In this document: piece after piece, positions 1-9,744 of the stretch | Position numbering within the stretch: the first letter of the stretch is position 1 | Layout of the letters: the number at the start of each line of letters is the position of its first letter | NCBI GenBank assembly: GCA_031082125.1 | Contig: JAVHLM010000002.1 | Span: forward strand, 239,012 to 303,011 | Origin: Vulcanimicrobiota bacterium | GTDB taxonomy: Bacteria > Vulcanimicrobiota > CADAWZ01 > Ess09-12 | Length of the DNA: 64,000 nucleotides | Direction: 5' to 3' | Position numbers and translations under genes: made by a program | The notes under the pieces: model-generated | The model's database searches: none | The model's input: only the letters and a program-made list of their open reading frames with translations | Told to the model about the DNA's origin: nothing

Positions 1-2055
1 GAAGAGCGGTGTGCCGTCAAGATCGCATTTTTTCAGTTCCTCGTCGCTCATCCCGCAGATTCTCAGCAGCGTAGGGGTCACATCCATGATGGAAGGCTTT
101 TCCCTGGTGATTTTCCTGTTTGAGAAGAGGACTCCGGGGATGAGGGCCGGGTCAAAGAGGTGATCGCCTGACCATTTCTGGAGGTTGTCCTCAAGGAGCG
201 CCGGGGGCACCCCGCCCAGGGCGGTCTGCCACGAAGCCCTGTAGCCCGTGTTGAAGCCGATGAAGAGGTCGGGCGTCTGCTCGGCCTTATTCCCCCAGAA
301 GATTTCCTCCCTGGTGTAGACATTGTGAATGACGGGCTGCAGGTACTGGCCGTCTCTCCAGTTTTTCATCTTCTCCTTGAGCTCCTTCTTGAGGCTCTCG
401 GCTTCCTCGCCGGGAGTCACGATGCCGTCCCTTTCGCGGCCTTTCAGGTTGAGGTAAAGGGCGCCGAACCCTGCGGCGTACACCCTGGTCTTTGACCAGT
501 CGATATCCTTGAGAAGTTCCACACCCGAAGGAGCCTTGGGATCCCGGAGCTCGAGGTAGCCGTTCTTCCTGAGCCACGTGTTGACATGGACCATTCTCCT
601 GAAGGAATTGAAGCCATGGTCGGAAAGGACTATCAGGATGTCCTCGCCGCCCATCTGAGCCAAGACTTCGCCCAGCACGGCATCAAGCTTCTTGTAGGAA
701 TCCTTGATGGCGTCGCGGTATCGGGGAGGGGCGTCCCTTTCGAAGAGAGGGTGGCTGCTGTCAATGTAACGCCAGAACATGTGAGAAGTCATGTCGGCTG
801 TTTCAAAATAGGAATAAAGGATGCCCTTGGTAAAGCGCTTCAGCTCAAGGGAGAGAAGGGCCATTTTTTCTCTCTGCACCTCGTCAATCTGAGCAAGGAA
901 GGGGTCCTCAGGGAGGATGTTCTGGTTGAGGGCCCACGTGTCCATGGGCATGCCCATGGTATAAAAGAGCCCTGTCTTTGAAGAGACCTCCTTGCTGTAG
1001 TTCCTGGGGGCTGATATGTCAAAGAGGGGATCACGGGGATCAAAATTGATGGGGCTGATGTAAAGCTTGAAATCGGGATTCGCGCCGAGAAGGTAGAATT
1101 TCACTATCCCCTTGGCCTTCCTGAAAGTGCCGATCTTGAAGGTCACGTCCTTGAAGTCGCTCCAGCGGTCCTTTTCAAGATCGAAGCTGTTGTTCTGGTA
1201 TTCAATGGTCACCTTGTCGCCCTGGGGAGGAACGGTAACCTTTATCGGCACTTTCACGTTGTCAGACTTTCCCCTGGCGCTCGCGACCTTGGGGCCGATG
1301 AGGTTCATTACCATTACGGGCGCCTTGGCCACATGGAAGAAATTCCCCACGGAGACCTCGTCTTTCTCCACCTTCTCCGAGGTGTAAAGGGTAAGAGTGC
1401 CTTCCGTGCCCAGGATGTCGGGCACGCCCATGCCGGAGAGCATGCGGCCCATGATCCTGTCGGGGGGGAAGGTCACGGGGCAATGGAGCACCGTGGCGGG
1501 AATCCTTTTCTCGGTGGTGTAGTTCCAGAAGCATTTGCCGTCCACCACGCGGATGAAGCGGCCTTTGTCCATTTTCGAGAGGGAGAGGCTCAGGCCGTAA
1601 TTGGCGGGGTCTCTCACGATGAAGTCAAAGAGGCCGTTCTTGCCGGGGTTCCTTCCTGTGGAAAATCCTGTCCAGGCCACGGGGGACTGCGAGGGATTGG
1701 TGGTGGAGAGGCGGCGGTAGGAGCCGGTTTCACTCAGTTTCTTCAGGTTGGGGAGCTCCCCCTTTGCCATCATGGGCTCCACGAGGTCGGGGGAGAGGCC
1801 GTCAAAGCCCAGGATAATCACCTTTTTATTGAAGTTCGCTGCCGGTTGGTTCATATACACTCCTGCCGCTATGGCAATCGCCAGGATAAGAATGAGAATG
1901 ATCAGGAAAAGCTTGCGGTGATCCCAGAAGAACTTGAAGATCTTCTTGAAAAAGAGGCCTGCCGCGCCGAAGAGGCCCAGGATGAAGAGGAGTATCCCCG
2001 TCCCTGTTCCCACGAGGGTCATGCCCGTTCCCGGATCAATGTAGCCGAAGTCCAT
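1..2055 (-). CDS. Alkaline-phosphatase superfamily protein (type I phosphodiesterase / nucleotide pyrophosphatase-like) with N-terminal membrane anchor; C-terminus runs off window start
   Basis: Reverse-strand ATG at 2053-2055, frame open to position 1 (685 codons). Hydrophobic N-terminal segment, then VIILGFDGLSPDLV and SPVAWTGFSTG motifs typical of the AP-superfamily metal site. Absent from ORF track because truncated; track ORFs 586-981 and 1333-2079 are antisense to it. Confidence 0.6.
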   Translation of the reverse strand, partial: MDFGYIDPGTGMTLVGTGTGILLFILGLFGAAGLFFKKIFKFFWDHRKLFLIILILILAIAIAAGVYMNQPAANFNKKVIILGFDGLSPDLVEPMMAKGELPNLKKLSETGSYRRLSTTNPSQSPVAWTGFSTGRNPGKNGLFDFIVRDPANYGLSLSLSKMDKGRFIRVVDGKCFWNYTTEKRIPATVLHCPVTFPPDRIMGRMLSGMGVPDILGTEGTLTLYTSEKVEKDEVSVGNFFHVAKAPVMVMNLIGPKVASARGKSDNVKVPIKVTVPPQGDKVTIEYQNNSFDLEKDRWSDFKDVTFKIGTFRKAKGIVKFYLLGANPDFKLYISPINFDPRDPLFDISAPRNYSKEVSSKTGLFYTMGMPMDTWALNQNILPEDPFLAQIDEVQREKMALLSLELKRFTKGILYSYFETADMTSHMFWRYIDSSHPLFERDAPPRYRDAIKDSYKKLDAVLGEVLAQMGGEDILIVLSDHGFNSFRRMVHVNTWLRKNGYLELRDPKAPSGVELLKDIDWSKTRVYAAGFGALYLNLKGRERDGIVTPGEEAESLKKELKEKMKNWRDGQYLQPVIHNVYTREEIFWGNKAEQTPDLFIGFNTGYRASWQTALGGVPPALLEDNLQKWSGDHLFDPALIPGVLFSNRKITREKPSIMDVTPTLLRICGMSDEELKKCDLDGTPLF

Positions 2056-2270
2056 CGATGCCCCTTTATGCCGCGATGATAATGGTTTTCGGAAAAGTAC
2101 TTTGCTGTTGTGCCCTCATGTTCCTCTGTAATGATAGCATAAAAAGGTTTTTCCCACAATCCTGCCGGAGAGGGAAATGGAGAGGATTCCCCGGGCATTC
2201 CCGTGGGAAAGGCCTCCACGACCCAGCGCCTTGAAAGCGCAGGTCTTTGCAGGCAGGAGTATCACCTTGA

Positions 2271-2621
2271 TTACGGCCTGCAGACGGGGCAGGGAAGATA
2301 CCCTCTCCTGAGGGCCTGCTCTCTCGTGAGAGAGGTCCCGCCGGTGAGCTTCTTGCAGGACATCTTGTGAAAGAACTTGCCGCTGCTCCCGATGAAGACC
2401 GTGGTGGTCCTGTCAGCGGGAGTGGTAGTGGCCGGTTTTTTTATCACCACTGTGCGGCGGGGCTGAACGGCCTGCGCAATGAGGCTGCCGGGGCGATCCC
2501 GTGAGTCGGCAGAGGCGGTGGCACAAAGGGGCAGCACGAGTGCCAGCGCCATGACGAGGATCATAGCTCCTTTGACAAAAGTCCTCCCGAGAATGCCGCT
2601 TTCCGGTGGGGGCTTATGCAT
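2271..2621 (-). CDS. Small exported or membrane-anchored protein with C-terminal Ada-like zinc-binding motif
   Basis: Internal ATG of track ORF 2271-3017. 116 aa with hydrophobic N-terminal segment (AMILVMALALVLPLCATASA) and C-terminal H-x3-C ... PCPVCRP resembling the Ada N-terminal metal-binding signature (FRPCKRCxP). Confidence 0.35.
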   Translation of the reverse strand: MHKPPPESGILGRTFVKGAMILVMALALVLPLCATASADSRDRPGSLIAQAVQPRRTVVIKKPATTTPADRTTTVFIGSSGKFFHKMSCKKLTGGTSLTREQALRRGYLPCPVCRP

Positions 2622-2840
2622 GGCCCTTGTTCCTCCTGGTTTTTTACCTCTTGAAATAATACTCAAAGATAAAGGAGTTCGTCGGGAGCCCTCTTTCCCC
2701 TCCAGGGAGGGGAACCCTGAGGCAGGAGCCATGGTCACGGTCGATAATCCCGGGAAGGCTCGAAAGAGGAACGGAAGGATCTTCAGAGAAAGATGAGGGG
2801 TGTAGTGCTCAAATCGCTCTTGAGAAAGGTGAGTGACGGT

Positions 2841-3365
2841 ATGGGGAGCCTCTTTGGAAAGAAGAAGGAACCCGCGGCTCCGGCGGGGCCCGTGGTGGTG
2901 CTCGAGACAGGCCAGGGTATCATCGAGATAGCCATCTGGCCGCATGTGGCGCCGAAGGCATGCGAGAACTTCACCAAGCTCGTGGAAAAAGGCTATTATA
3001 ATGGAACAACCTTTCACCGGGTCATCAAAGGCTTTATGCTCCAGGGCGGCGACCCCGAGGGCACGGGATCGGGGGGCTCGTCGATATGGGGGAAGCAGTT
3101 CGAGGACGAGACAAGCCCCAGGGTGAAATTTGACAGGGAAGGGCTTCTTGCCATGGCCAACAGGGGCCCGAACACTAACGGAAGCCAGTTTTTCATCACC
3201 ACTTCAAAACCGTCGCACCTCAACATGAAGCACACCATATTCGGAGAAGTGATAACCGGCTATGACGTCGTGAAGAAGATAGAGAACACGCCGACAGAAA
3301 AGCCCCAGAACAAGCCTGTGACACCGCAGAAGATCCTGAAGGCCTCACTGAAGCCGAAGCATTAG
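2841..3365 (+). CDS. ppiB: Peptidyl-prolyl cis-trans isomerase, cyclophilin type
   Basis: Cyclophilin motifs FHRVIKGFMLQGGDP and GSQFFITT; AGGTGA Shine-Dalgarno ~11 nt upstream of ATG at 2841. Track ORF extends to 2793 but the N-terminal 16 aa are not cyclophilin-like. Confidence 0.85.
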   Translation: MGSLFGKKKEPAAPAGPVVVLETGQGIIEIAIWPHVAPKACENFTKLVEKGYYNGTTFHRVIKGFMLQGGDPEGTGSGGSSIWGKQFEDETSPRVKFDREGLLAMANRGPNTNGSQFFITTSKPSHLNMKHTIFGEVITGYDVVKKIENTPTEKPQNKPVTPQKILKASLKPKH

Positions 3366-3461
3366 CCTGTCAGGCCCGCGCTCCCTCTTTTTCCGGTAGG
3401 GTAGGCCTGGTATAATGAAAGGAGCATTGATGGGAACTACGAGCGGAATATTCTCAAAGGC

Positions 3462-3857
3462 ATGAATTTTCTCAAAAAGCTTTTTCCCGGAAAGAGGCAG
3501 TCCGCCGCGGCCAGGGATTCAGGACTTTTCCCCGAGAGCACCGTCGTCTTAACCGTTGATGACCACGCTGTCATCAGTGCCAGGCCGGGAGGGCTCACGG
3601 AGCGGGTCACATGGGACGAGCTTTCCCGTGTGGAGATCATGACTACCGATGAAGGTCCCCTGGTGGCCGATGTATTCTGGGTGCTCCATGGGAAGGACCG
3701 GGGATGCGTGATACCCCAGGGTGCCACCAACGAGCATGACCTCATCGAGAAGCTTGTCAGGCTTCCAGGGTTCAACCACAACGAAATGATAGAAGCCATG
3801 GCCTCGACGGAGAACCGCACCTTTCTGGTCTGGGAGAAAGGGGGAGAATCCCGCTAG
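3462..3857 (+). CDS. Hypothetical protein (131 aa)
   Basis: Track ORF with ATG start; no recognisable family. Preceded by an 11-codon uORF whose stop overlaps this ATG (ATGA). Confidence 0.4.
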   Translation: MNFLKKLFPGKRQSAAARDSGLFPESTVVLTVDDHAVISARPGGLTERVTWDELSRVEIMTTDEGPLVADVFWVLHGKDRGCVIPQGATNEHDLIEKLVRLPGFNHNEMIEAMASTENRTFLVWEKGGESR

Positions 3858-4636
3858 AGCTTTCTCTTCACCCTGTCGCCGGTCCTGGCGGTGCCGCTCC
3901 CTGCGATTTTTTCCGCCGTGCTCTCGTTTTTGTCCACAAAGGTCACTTTAAGATCACAGGAGGCCGCTCCCTTCTCCCTGGGGATCAGGGTAAAGATCAT
4001 GCCCTCCAGGACTCCCTTGGTCTTTCCTATGTCCAGCGTGACTCTCCCCTTGGTCACATCCAGCACGTAGCCTTCAAGCGCGGCCTGATGCGGGGCTTTC
4101 TTGAGTTTCATTTTCTCAATTTTCACTGAAAGTTCCCGGGCGAGGGCCACAAAGCCCTTGCCCAGCGATGATTCCTTGAATGTCTCCGTTTTATAGGGGA
4201 GGGCCGTGCCCTCCTTGAGGTCCTCTGCAGGCACCTCGATGGTCTTCTCGGCTTCAACACCTCCGGCGATGAAGCCCCCTTTTTTGTCGGTGAAGGTGAG
4301 GGCGCAGGCCACCGTGATATTGGTATTGTCGCTCTTGGCGAACTTCGTGACGGTGCCCCTCACAAGGTAAACTGGAGTACCGGCTTTCGCTCCCTCGGGG
4401 GTACTGCCCAGCACGAAGCGCTTTGATTTTTTTATCTGCCCTTCCATAAGCCTGGAAAAGAGTGTCGCGGGGTCAAGGGCGTCGCCCCACCAGGGCGAAA
4501 ATCCCGTGGCCACCTTAAAGGAGTCTATCTCCACGGGAGTTTTCACTGGCGCCGCTTTGGGTGCTGCGTCACCGGAGGGCGCCGCCAGGGTGAACAGGGC
4601 TGCACACAGCAGTGCTGCAGAGATGATTTTTCTCAT
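3854..4636 (-). CDS. Hypothetical secreted protein (260 aa) with signal peptide
   Basis: N-terminal signal peptide MRKIISAALLCAALFTLAAP; Lys-rich beta-rich body; converges with previous gene with overlapping stops. Confidence 0.5.
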   Translation of the reverse strand: MRKIISAALLCAALFTLAAPSGDAAPKAAPVKTPVEIDSFKVATGFSPWWGDALDPATLFSRLMEGQIKKSKRFVLGSTPEGAKAGTPVYLVRGTVTKFAKSDNTNITVACALTFTDKKGGFIAGGVEAEKTIEVPAEDLKEGTALPYKTETFKESSLGKGFVALARELSVKIEKMKLKKAPHQAALEGYVLDVTKGRVTLDIGKTKGVLEGMIFTLIPREKGAASCDLKVTFVDKNESTAEKIAGSGTARTGDRVKRKL

Positions 4637-4897
4637 GGGATGGTTATTCTCCTTTCCTTAATTCATCCCTTACCCTTCGGCGCGGTTGTACCCCATGCCT
4701 TCAATGGTAAAACGGCATGGATGCCACTGGGAAAAGGGGCCGTCCCAGAAAAAATTGGAGGTCCCCCTGCGGGGGGTATCCCGGTAAATTCTCCGCTTCA
4801 GCTGCTTTCCCTCTGTGGTAAAACCAGGGGCTTGCAGGAGAAGAGGAAAAGGCATGGAAAAGTCACGGGATAAATTTTCTCGAGGAGGAAGTCGGCG

Positions 4898-5926
4898 ATG
4901 AAAAGATCTTTCTGTCAGGCCCTCGCGGCAATCCTTATCCTGGCAGCCCTTGCAGCGGGGAACAGCGTTTATGCGGCGCCGGTGAAGTTTCAGGACAAGA
5001 TGCTCTGGATACAGCTGGGGAACCAGATCAAGGACATTGATGACGCCATGCTGGAAAAGATAGCCGAGTGCGGCTTCTCCAAGGTGATTCTGCTGCACTC
5101 TTCAATCAATGAGCAGGGCTACTTCCCTGTCCTCCGATCCCTCACGAAGCGCTGCCATGCAAAGAAGATCAAGGTGAGCATGGGGACTCTTGTCTTCAAG
5201 GACACCTACCAGAAGCCTTACTGGCTCCGCAACCCGGGCCTGAGGAAATGCGACAGGGACGGGAAATACAGCGACACCAAGTATTATCACTACCAGATAT
5301 GCCCTAACAACCCTGTAAACCATGAGTACGCCGCGGGCCTCCTTCTCAGGGAGGCACAGGAGGCCGGCGTGGACGAAATCCATATCGACTATGAGATAGA
5401 GCCCTGCTTCTGCCCGTACTGTGTCGCCGATTTCCAGGAGAAGCACAAGAAGGACCCGCGCGTGCTCTCTGACAAGGACAGGGACTGGCTCGTGTGGCGC
5501 TCCCGCAAGACCCGCGATTTCTTCGAGGTGCTTGCCCGCAAGTGCTACGGGAGCTTCCCCACCTTCCTCATCTCTGCCACGGCGCCCGTCATCGGCCTTC
5601 CCGGCGGCTTCACGGCCTATGGCACAGACCTGCGCTATGAGGATCTCACCCAGTATGTGGACGAGTTCCAGCCCATGATCTACCTTTCGGTGAAGACAGA
5701 CCCCTCCGTTGCCGGCGACAAGTTCGCTGCCATCCAGCGCCGTGTGCTGGACAAGTATGTGGTCCCCGGCATCATTATCAACGAGGAGGGAACGATGCAG
5801 ATAAAGACCAGGGACCGTCTGATGGCGGAGCTTGAAGGGCTCGCCCGCAAGGGGGCAAAAGGCATTGCTGTCTTTGAGGTTCGTTACATCAACGATGAGC
5901 TTAAGGGACTCCTGCGCGACCTTTAG
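4898..5926 (+). CDS. Secreted hypothetical protein, possible glycoside-hydrolase-like TIM barrel
   Basis: Signal peptide MKRSFCQALAAILILAALAAGNSVYA; alternating beta/alpha pattern (VILLHSS, EIHIDYEIE); CFCPYC motif. Family assignment tentative. Confidence 0.45.
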   Translation: MKRSFCQALAAILILAALAAGNSVYAAPVKFQDKMLWIQLGNQIKDIDDAMLEKIAECGFSKVILLHSSINEQGYFPVLRSLTKRCHAKKIKVSMGTLVFKDTYQKPYWLRNPGLRKCDRDGKYSDTKYYHYQICPNNPVNHEYAAGLLLREAQEAGVDEIHIDYEIEPCFCPYCVADFQEKHKKDPRVLSDKDRDWLVWRSRKTRDFFEVLARKCYGSFPTFLISATAPVIGLPGGFTAYGTDLRYEDLTQYVDEFQPMIYLSVKTDPSVAGDKFAAIQRRVLDKYVVPGIIINEEGTMQIKTRDRLMAELEGLARKGAKGIAVFEVRYINDELKGLLRDL

Positions 5927-6735
5927 CCCTCGCGGTCCAGCGCTTCCCTGATGGAGCGCACAAAGTCTCTCACGGTGCTGCAAAGCTTTTTTCTGTCGCC
6001 ACGATGTTCCTCGATGATGGTGGCGAGAGCGCTTCCCACTATGACGGCATCAGCACCCGTTCCCCTGAAGAGAGCCGCATGGTCCGGCTTTGAGATGCCG
6101 AAGCCCACGGATACAGGTGTATCCGTCACTTCCCGCACTTCGTTGATTTTCCCGATGGTCCGTGCTGAGACGGAAGACCGCTCGCCCGTGACGCCCAGCA
6201 CCGCCACGAGGTAGATATAGCCTGTCGTAAGGCCTGCAATGTCCCTGATGCGCTCCCGCGGTGTCGTGAGGCCCACCATGAACACTGATTCAAGATCATT
6301 TGCCGCAAGCCCCTCCATAAGAGGGGCAGCGCTCTCTGGAGGGAGATCGGCCGCCAGCACTGCATTGACGCCGCAGGCGGCGGCATTACGGCAGAAAGCC
6401 TTGATGCCATAAGCATGGATGAGGTTGTAGTAAAGAAGGAGCCCCAGGGGCACCGGTGAGAGCTTTCTCACCCTTTCTATCAGAGCAAGGCATTTTCCCG
6501 GCGTCATGCCGGCGGCGAGAGACCTTGCCGCCGAGCGCTGGAGCACGGGGCCGTCGGCGATAGGGTCGGAAAAGGGAAAGCCCAGCTCGAGGCCTTCGGC
6601 GCCTCCCTCAAGAGCTGCCGAGATAAGGGCAAGGGATGTCTTCTCGTCGGGATCTCCCAGGGTGAAGTAAGGGATAAAGGCCTTTCCGGCCCCCGGGGTC
6701 TCTCTCTTTTCCAGCAGATACCGGCGGAATCCCAT
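5923..6735 (-). CDS. trpA: Tryptophan synthase alpha subunit
   Basis: 270 aa; FIPYFTLGDPD, GVTG and GFGIS motifs of TrpA; last gene of trp operon. Confidence 0.9.
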   Translation of the reverse strand: MGFRRYLLEKRETPGAGKAFIPYFTLGDPDEKTSLALISAALEGGAEGLELGFPFSDPIADGPVLQRSAARSLAAGMTPGKCLALIERVRKLSPVPLGLLLYYNLIHAYGIKAFCRNAAACGVNAVLAADLPPESAAPLMEGLAANDLESVFMVGLTTPRERIRDIAGLTTGYIYLVAVLGVTGERSSVSARTIGKINEVREVTDTPVSVGFGISKPDHAALFRGTGADAVIVGSALATIIEEHRGDRKKLCSTVRDFVRSIREALDREG

Positions 6736-6738
6736 AGG

Positions 6739-7902
6739 TCACCTCTTCATGGCAAAATAGCTATCCAGGTCCTTGTCGCCTCTCCCCGAGAGGTTGATGA
6801 GCATAAGGGAGCCCCTGTGCTCCCCTGCCGCGGCAAAGGCCGAAGCGAGGGCATGGGCAGGCTCAAGGGCAGGGATAATCCCCTCAAGGAGCGAGAGCGT
6901 CTCGAAGGCCTCGAGGGCCTCTTCGTCGGTCACCGTCACGTAGCGGACGCGCCCCCTGTCGCGAAGTGCGCTGTGCTCGGGTCCCACGCCGGGGTAATCA
7001 AGGCCTGCCGCCACCGAATGGGTCTCCTCAATCTGCCCGTGGGGGTCCTGGAGGAGATAGCTCAGGCTCCCGTGGAAGACCCCGGGCCGCCCGAAGGTGA
7101 GGGGGGCGCCATGATGGACACCGTCGCCTTTTCCGCCGGGCTCGACTCCCACAAGCTTCACCTCACCGTCACCGAGGAAGGCGCTGAAAATTCCCATGGC
7201 GTTTGACCCGCCGCCTACGCAGGCATAGACATAGTCGGGGAGCCGCCCTTCCTTCCGGACTATCTGGCGGCGCGCCTCGCGGCCGATGACGCTCTGGAAC
7301 TCCCTCACCATGAGGGGGAAGGGATGGGGGCCGCAGACGGTGCCGAAGAGGTAATAGGTGGTTTCCACATTGGCAATCCAGTCGCGGAGGGCTTCATTGA
7401 TGGCGTCCTTGAGGGTGGCTGTCCCCGAGGTGACGGGAATGACCTCGGCTCCCAGCAGTTTCATGCGCTTCACGTTGGGGCTCTGGCGCTCTATATCGGT
7501 GGCGCCCATGTAAATGTGAGTCTTGATGCCGAAAAGGGCCCCTGCCATGGCGGTGGCGACCCCGTGTTGCCCGGCGCCTGTCTCAGCGATGAGGCGCCCC
7601 TTGCCCATCTTTTTCGCAAGCAGCCCCTGGCCCAGGCAGTTGTTGGTCTTGTGGGCGCCGCCGTGGAGGAGATCCTCCCGCTTGAGGTAGATAGTGGCGC
7701 CCAGCCGCTCAGAGACATTGGCGGCAAGCGTGCAGGGTGTGGGCCTCCCGGCGTAGTCCCTCAGCAGGGCGGCAAGCTCACTCCTGAAGGCTTTCTGCCG
7801 CGCTATGTCCAGAAAGGCGCTCTCGACCTCCTCGAGGGCAGGGATGAGGATCTCGGGCACATAGAACCCGCCGTACCGTCCGAATTTTCCAGTTTTGCGC
7901 AT
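6739..7902 (-). CDS. trpB: Tryptophan synthase beta subunit
   Basis: 387 aa; PLP-lysine motif HGGAHKTNN; GAGQHG; start ATG at 7900-7902 on reverse strand. Confidence 0.95.
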   Translation of the reverse strand: MRKTGKFGRYGGFYVPEILIPALEEVESAFLDIARQKAFRSELAALLRDYAGRPTPCTLAANVSERLGATIYLKREDLLHGGAHKTNNCLGQGLLAKKMGKGRLIAETGAGQHGVATAMAGALFGIKTHIYMGATDIERQSPNVKRMKLLGAEVIPVTSGTATLKDAINEALRDWIANVETTYYLFGTVCGPHPFPLMVREFQSVIGREARRQIVRKEGRLPDYVYACVGGGSNAMGIFSAFLGDGEVKLVGVEPGGKGDGVHHGAPLTFGRPGVFHGSLSYLLQDPHGQIEETHSVAAGLDYPGVGPEHSALRDRGRVRYVTVTDEEALEAFETLSLLEGIIPALEPAHALASAFAAAGEHRGSLMLINLSGRGDKDLDSYFAMKR

Positions 7903-7914
7903 GGGTGCTCCTTT

Positions 7915-8697
7915 TCAGCGCGGCGAAGACCGTGCAAGGATGGCCGTGAACTCCCTCAGGCACGCCTCGGGATCTCCTCCCGCCATGAAGGCCGAGCCTA
8001 TGAGAAATGCCCCGGCATAGGGCATGAGCTCCTCAAGGTGATCTCCTGAGGTGATTCCCGATTCGCTTACGATGAGGATTCCTTCCGGGATGAGGGGGGC
8101 GATCCTTTTTGTCGTCTCCCTGGTAATGGTCATATCTTTGAGGTTCCTGTTGTTGATGCCTACCATGGGGGGGCTGAGGGGAAGGACATGCTCCAGGGAC
8201 ACTTCCTCGTGGACTTCCACGAGAGCCTCCATCCCGAGCTCTCTCACAAGGGAGTAAAGGCCGGCAAGCTCGCCGGCTTCGAGGGCTTCGGCAATGAGAA
8301 GGACGGCATCGGCACCTGAAGCCCTGGCTTCGTGAACCTGGTAAGCGTCAATGATGAAATCCTTCCTGAGGAGGGGCAGCTCCACGAGGCGGCGCGCCGT
8401 GAGGAGATCGTCGAGACTCCCCGAGAAGTGGTCCTCTTCAGTGAGGACGCTCATTGCATCGGCATAACGCCCGTAAAGGGCCGCCTGTGTGGCAAGGTCA
8501 GGGGCGTTATGAAAGGTGCCTCTTGACGGCGATGCTTTTTTGTACTCGGCGATGAGGCCATGGCCTTTCCTGCTGAGAGCTCCTGCGAAATCCCTGGGAG
8601 GAGGTGCCTCGCGGTCCCTCAGTTCCCCGAGGGGCACCCTCTTCTTCGCCTCGGCAAGACACTCCCGCTTTCTCTCCACGATGCGATCAAGGATCAC
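7915..8697 (-). CDS. trpC: Indole-3-glycerol-phosphate synthase
   Basis: 260 aa; monofunctional length, no fused TrpF domain; IAEYKKASPS and INNRNL motifs. Confidence 0.9.
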   Translation of the reverse strand: MILDRIVERKRECLAEAKKRVPLGELRDREAPPPRDFAGALSRKGHGLIAEYKKASPSRGTFHNAPDLATQAALYGRYADAMSVLTEEDHFSGSLDDLLTARRLVELPLLRKDFIIDAYQVHEARASGADAVLLIAEALEAGELAGLYSLVRELGMEALVEVHEEVSLEHVLPLSPPMVGINNRNLKDMTITRETTKRIAPLIPEGILIVSESGITSGDHLEELMPYAGAFLIGSAFMAGGDPEACLREFTAILARSSPR

Positions 8698-9740
8698 GGC
8701 TTTCTCACTCCCTCCTCCCCCCGGGAAAGCGAGGCCTGTATCGTGAAGGCCTTGATCTCCTCAAGCTTTTGAAGGGCTTTCCCCTTTTCTATGAGGTTTC
8801 TTGCGGCATTCACGCCTTCCTTGATGGATGGCGAGTGGCCCGCCACGTAGAGGGCCGCCCCGGCATTGAGGAGGGCCATGTCCCTTTTGGGGTCCTTTTT
8901 CACCTTTCGCGGCGTCAGCACATCCCTTATAATCCCGGCGTTCTCGGCGGCGTCGCCGCCCAGGAGGCTCTCGTGCCTGGCCCTGGTGAGGTCGCATTCC
9001 TCGGGGTAGAGGATCTTTGCCGTGATGCGCCCGTCGCGGACCTCAATGTACCGTGAAGGCCCCGTGACAGTAAATTCATCGGTGCCGTCGCCGTGGACGA
9101 CAAGGGCCCGCCTTGTGCCCAGCCTTTCCAGGACATGGGCCACTGTCTCAAGGTGATCGGGCGAGAAGAGGCCCACGACCTGGTGCGTGGCCCCCGCGGG
9201 GTTCGTGAGGGGGCCCAGGAGGTTGAAGACGGTCCTTATTCCCAGGTCCTTGCGCACGGGGGCAATGGCCAGCATGGCCTGGTGGTGCTCCCTGGCGAAG
9301 AGAAAGCAGAAGCCTGTCTTGAGAAGGCATTCCACGAGCTTTTCCGCGGGAAGGGAGAGGGAAAAGCCCAGGGCCTCAAGGACATCGGCGCTCCCGCTCT
9401 TTGATGAGGCGGCCCTGTTCCCGTGCTTGGCCACTCTTATTCCCGCCGAGGCGGCAATGAGAGCTACCGTTGTCGAGATATTGTAGGTGCCGACACCGTC
9501 GCCACCAGTGCCGCAGGTGTCCAGCAGGGGCTCTTTCGTGGGAAAGTTGACGCGGTGGCAGAAGGTGTGCATGACGCGGGCGAAAGCAGTGATCTCATCG
9601 ACGGTTTCCCCTTTTATCCTGAGAGCGGTGAGAAGTGCACCGGCCATCACGGGGCTGTATTCGTTCCGCATCATCTTTTCCATGAGGTGTGCGGCCTCAT
9701 CGGCAGTGAGATTCTCTTTTCTTGTGAGCTTGTTCAGCAT
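8694..9740 (-). CDS. trpD: Anthranilate phosphoribosyltransferase
   Basis: 348 aa; CGTGGDGVGTYNISTTVALIAASAG motif; overlaps trpC start by 4 nt. Confidence 0.9.
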   Translation of the reverse strand: MLNKLTRKENLTADEAAHLMEKMMRNEYSPVMAGALLTALRIKGETVDEITAFARVMHTFCHRVNFPTKEPLLDTCGTGGDGVGTYNISTTVALIAASAGIRVAKHGNRAASSKSGSADVLEALGFSLSLPAEKLVECLLKTGFCFLFAREHHQAMLAIAPVRKDLGIRTVFNLLGPLTNPAGATHQVVGLFSPDHLETVAHVLERLGTRRALVVHGDGTDEFTVTGPSRYIEVRDGRITAKILYPEECDLTRARHESLLGGDAAENAGIIRDVLTPRKVKKDPKRDMALLNAGAALYVAGHSPSIKEGVNAARNLIEKGKALQKLEEIKAFTIQASLSRGEEGVRKP

Positions 9741-9744
9741 GGCC

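Noticed and set aside
586-2079. Track ORFs 586-981 (+) and 1333-2079 (+)
   Set aside because: Both lie antisense to a continuous, motif-bearing AP-superfamily reading frame on the minus strand (1-2055); their Gly/Ala/His/Arg-rich translations look like high-GC antisense artefacts.
5102-5983. 293-aa minus-strand ORF
   Set aside because: Antisense to the signal-peptide-bearing secreted protein gene 4898-5926; Arg/Leu/Val-rich artefact.
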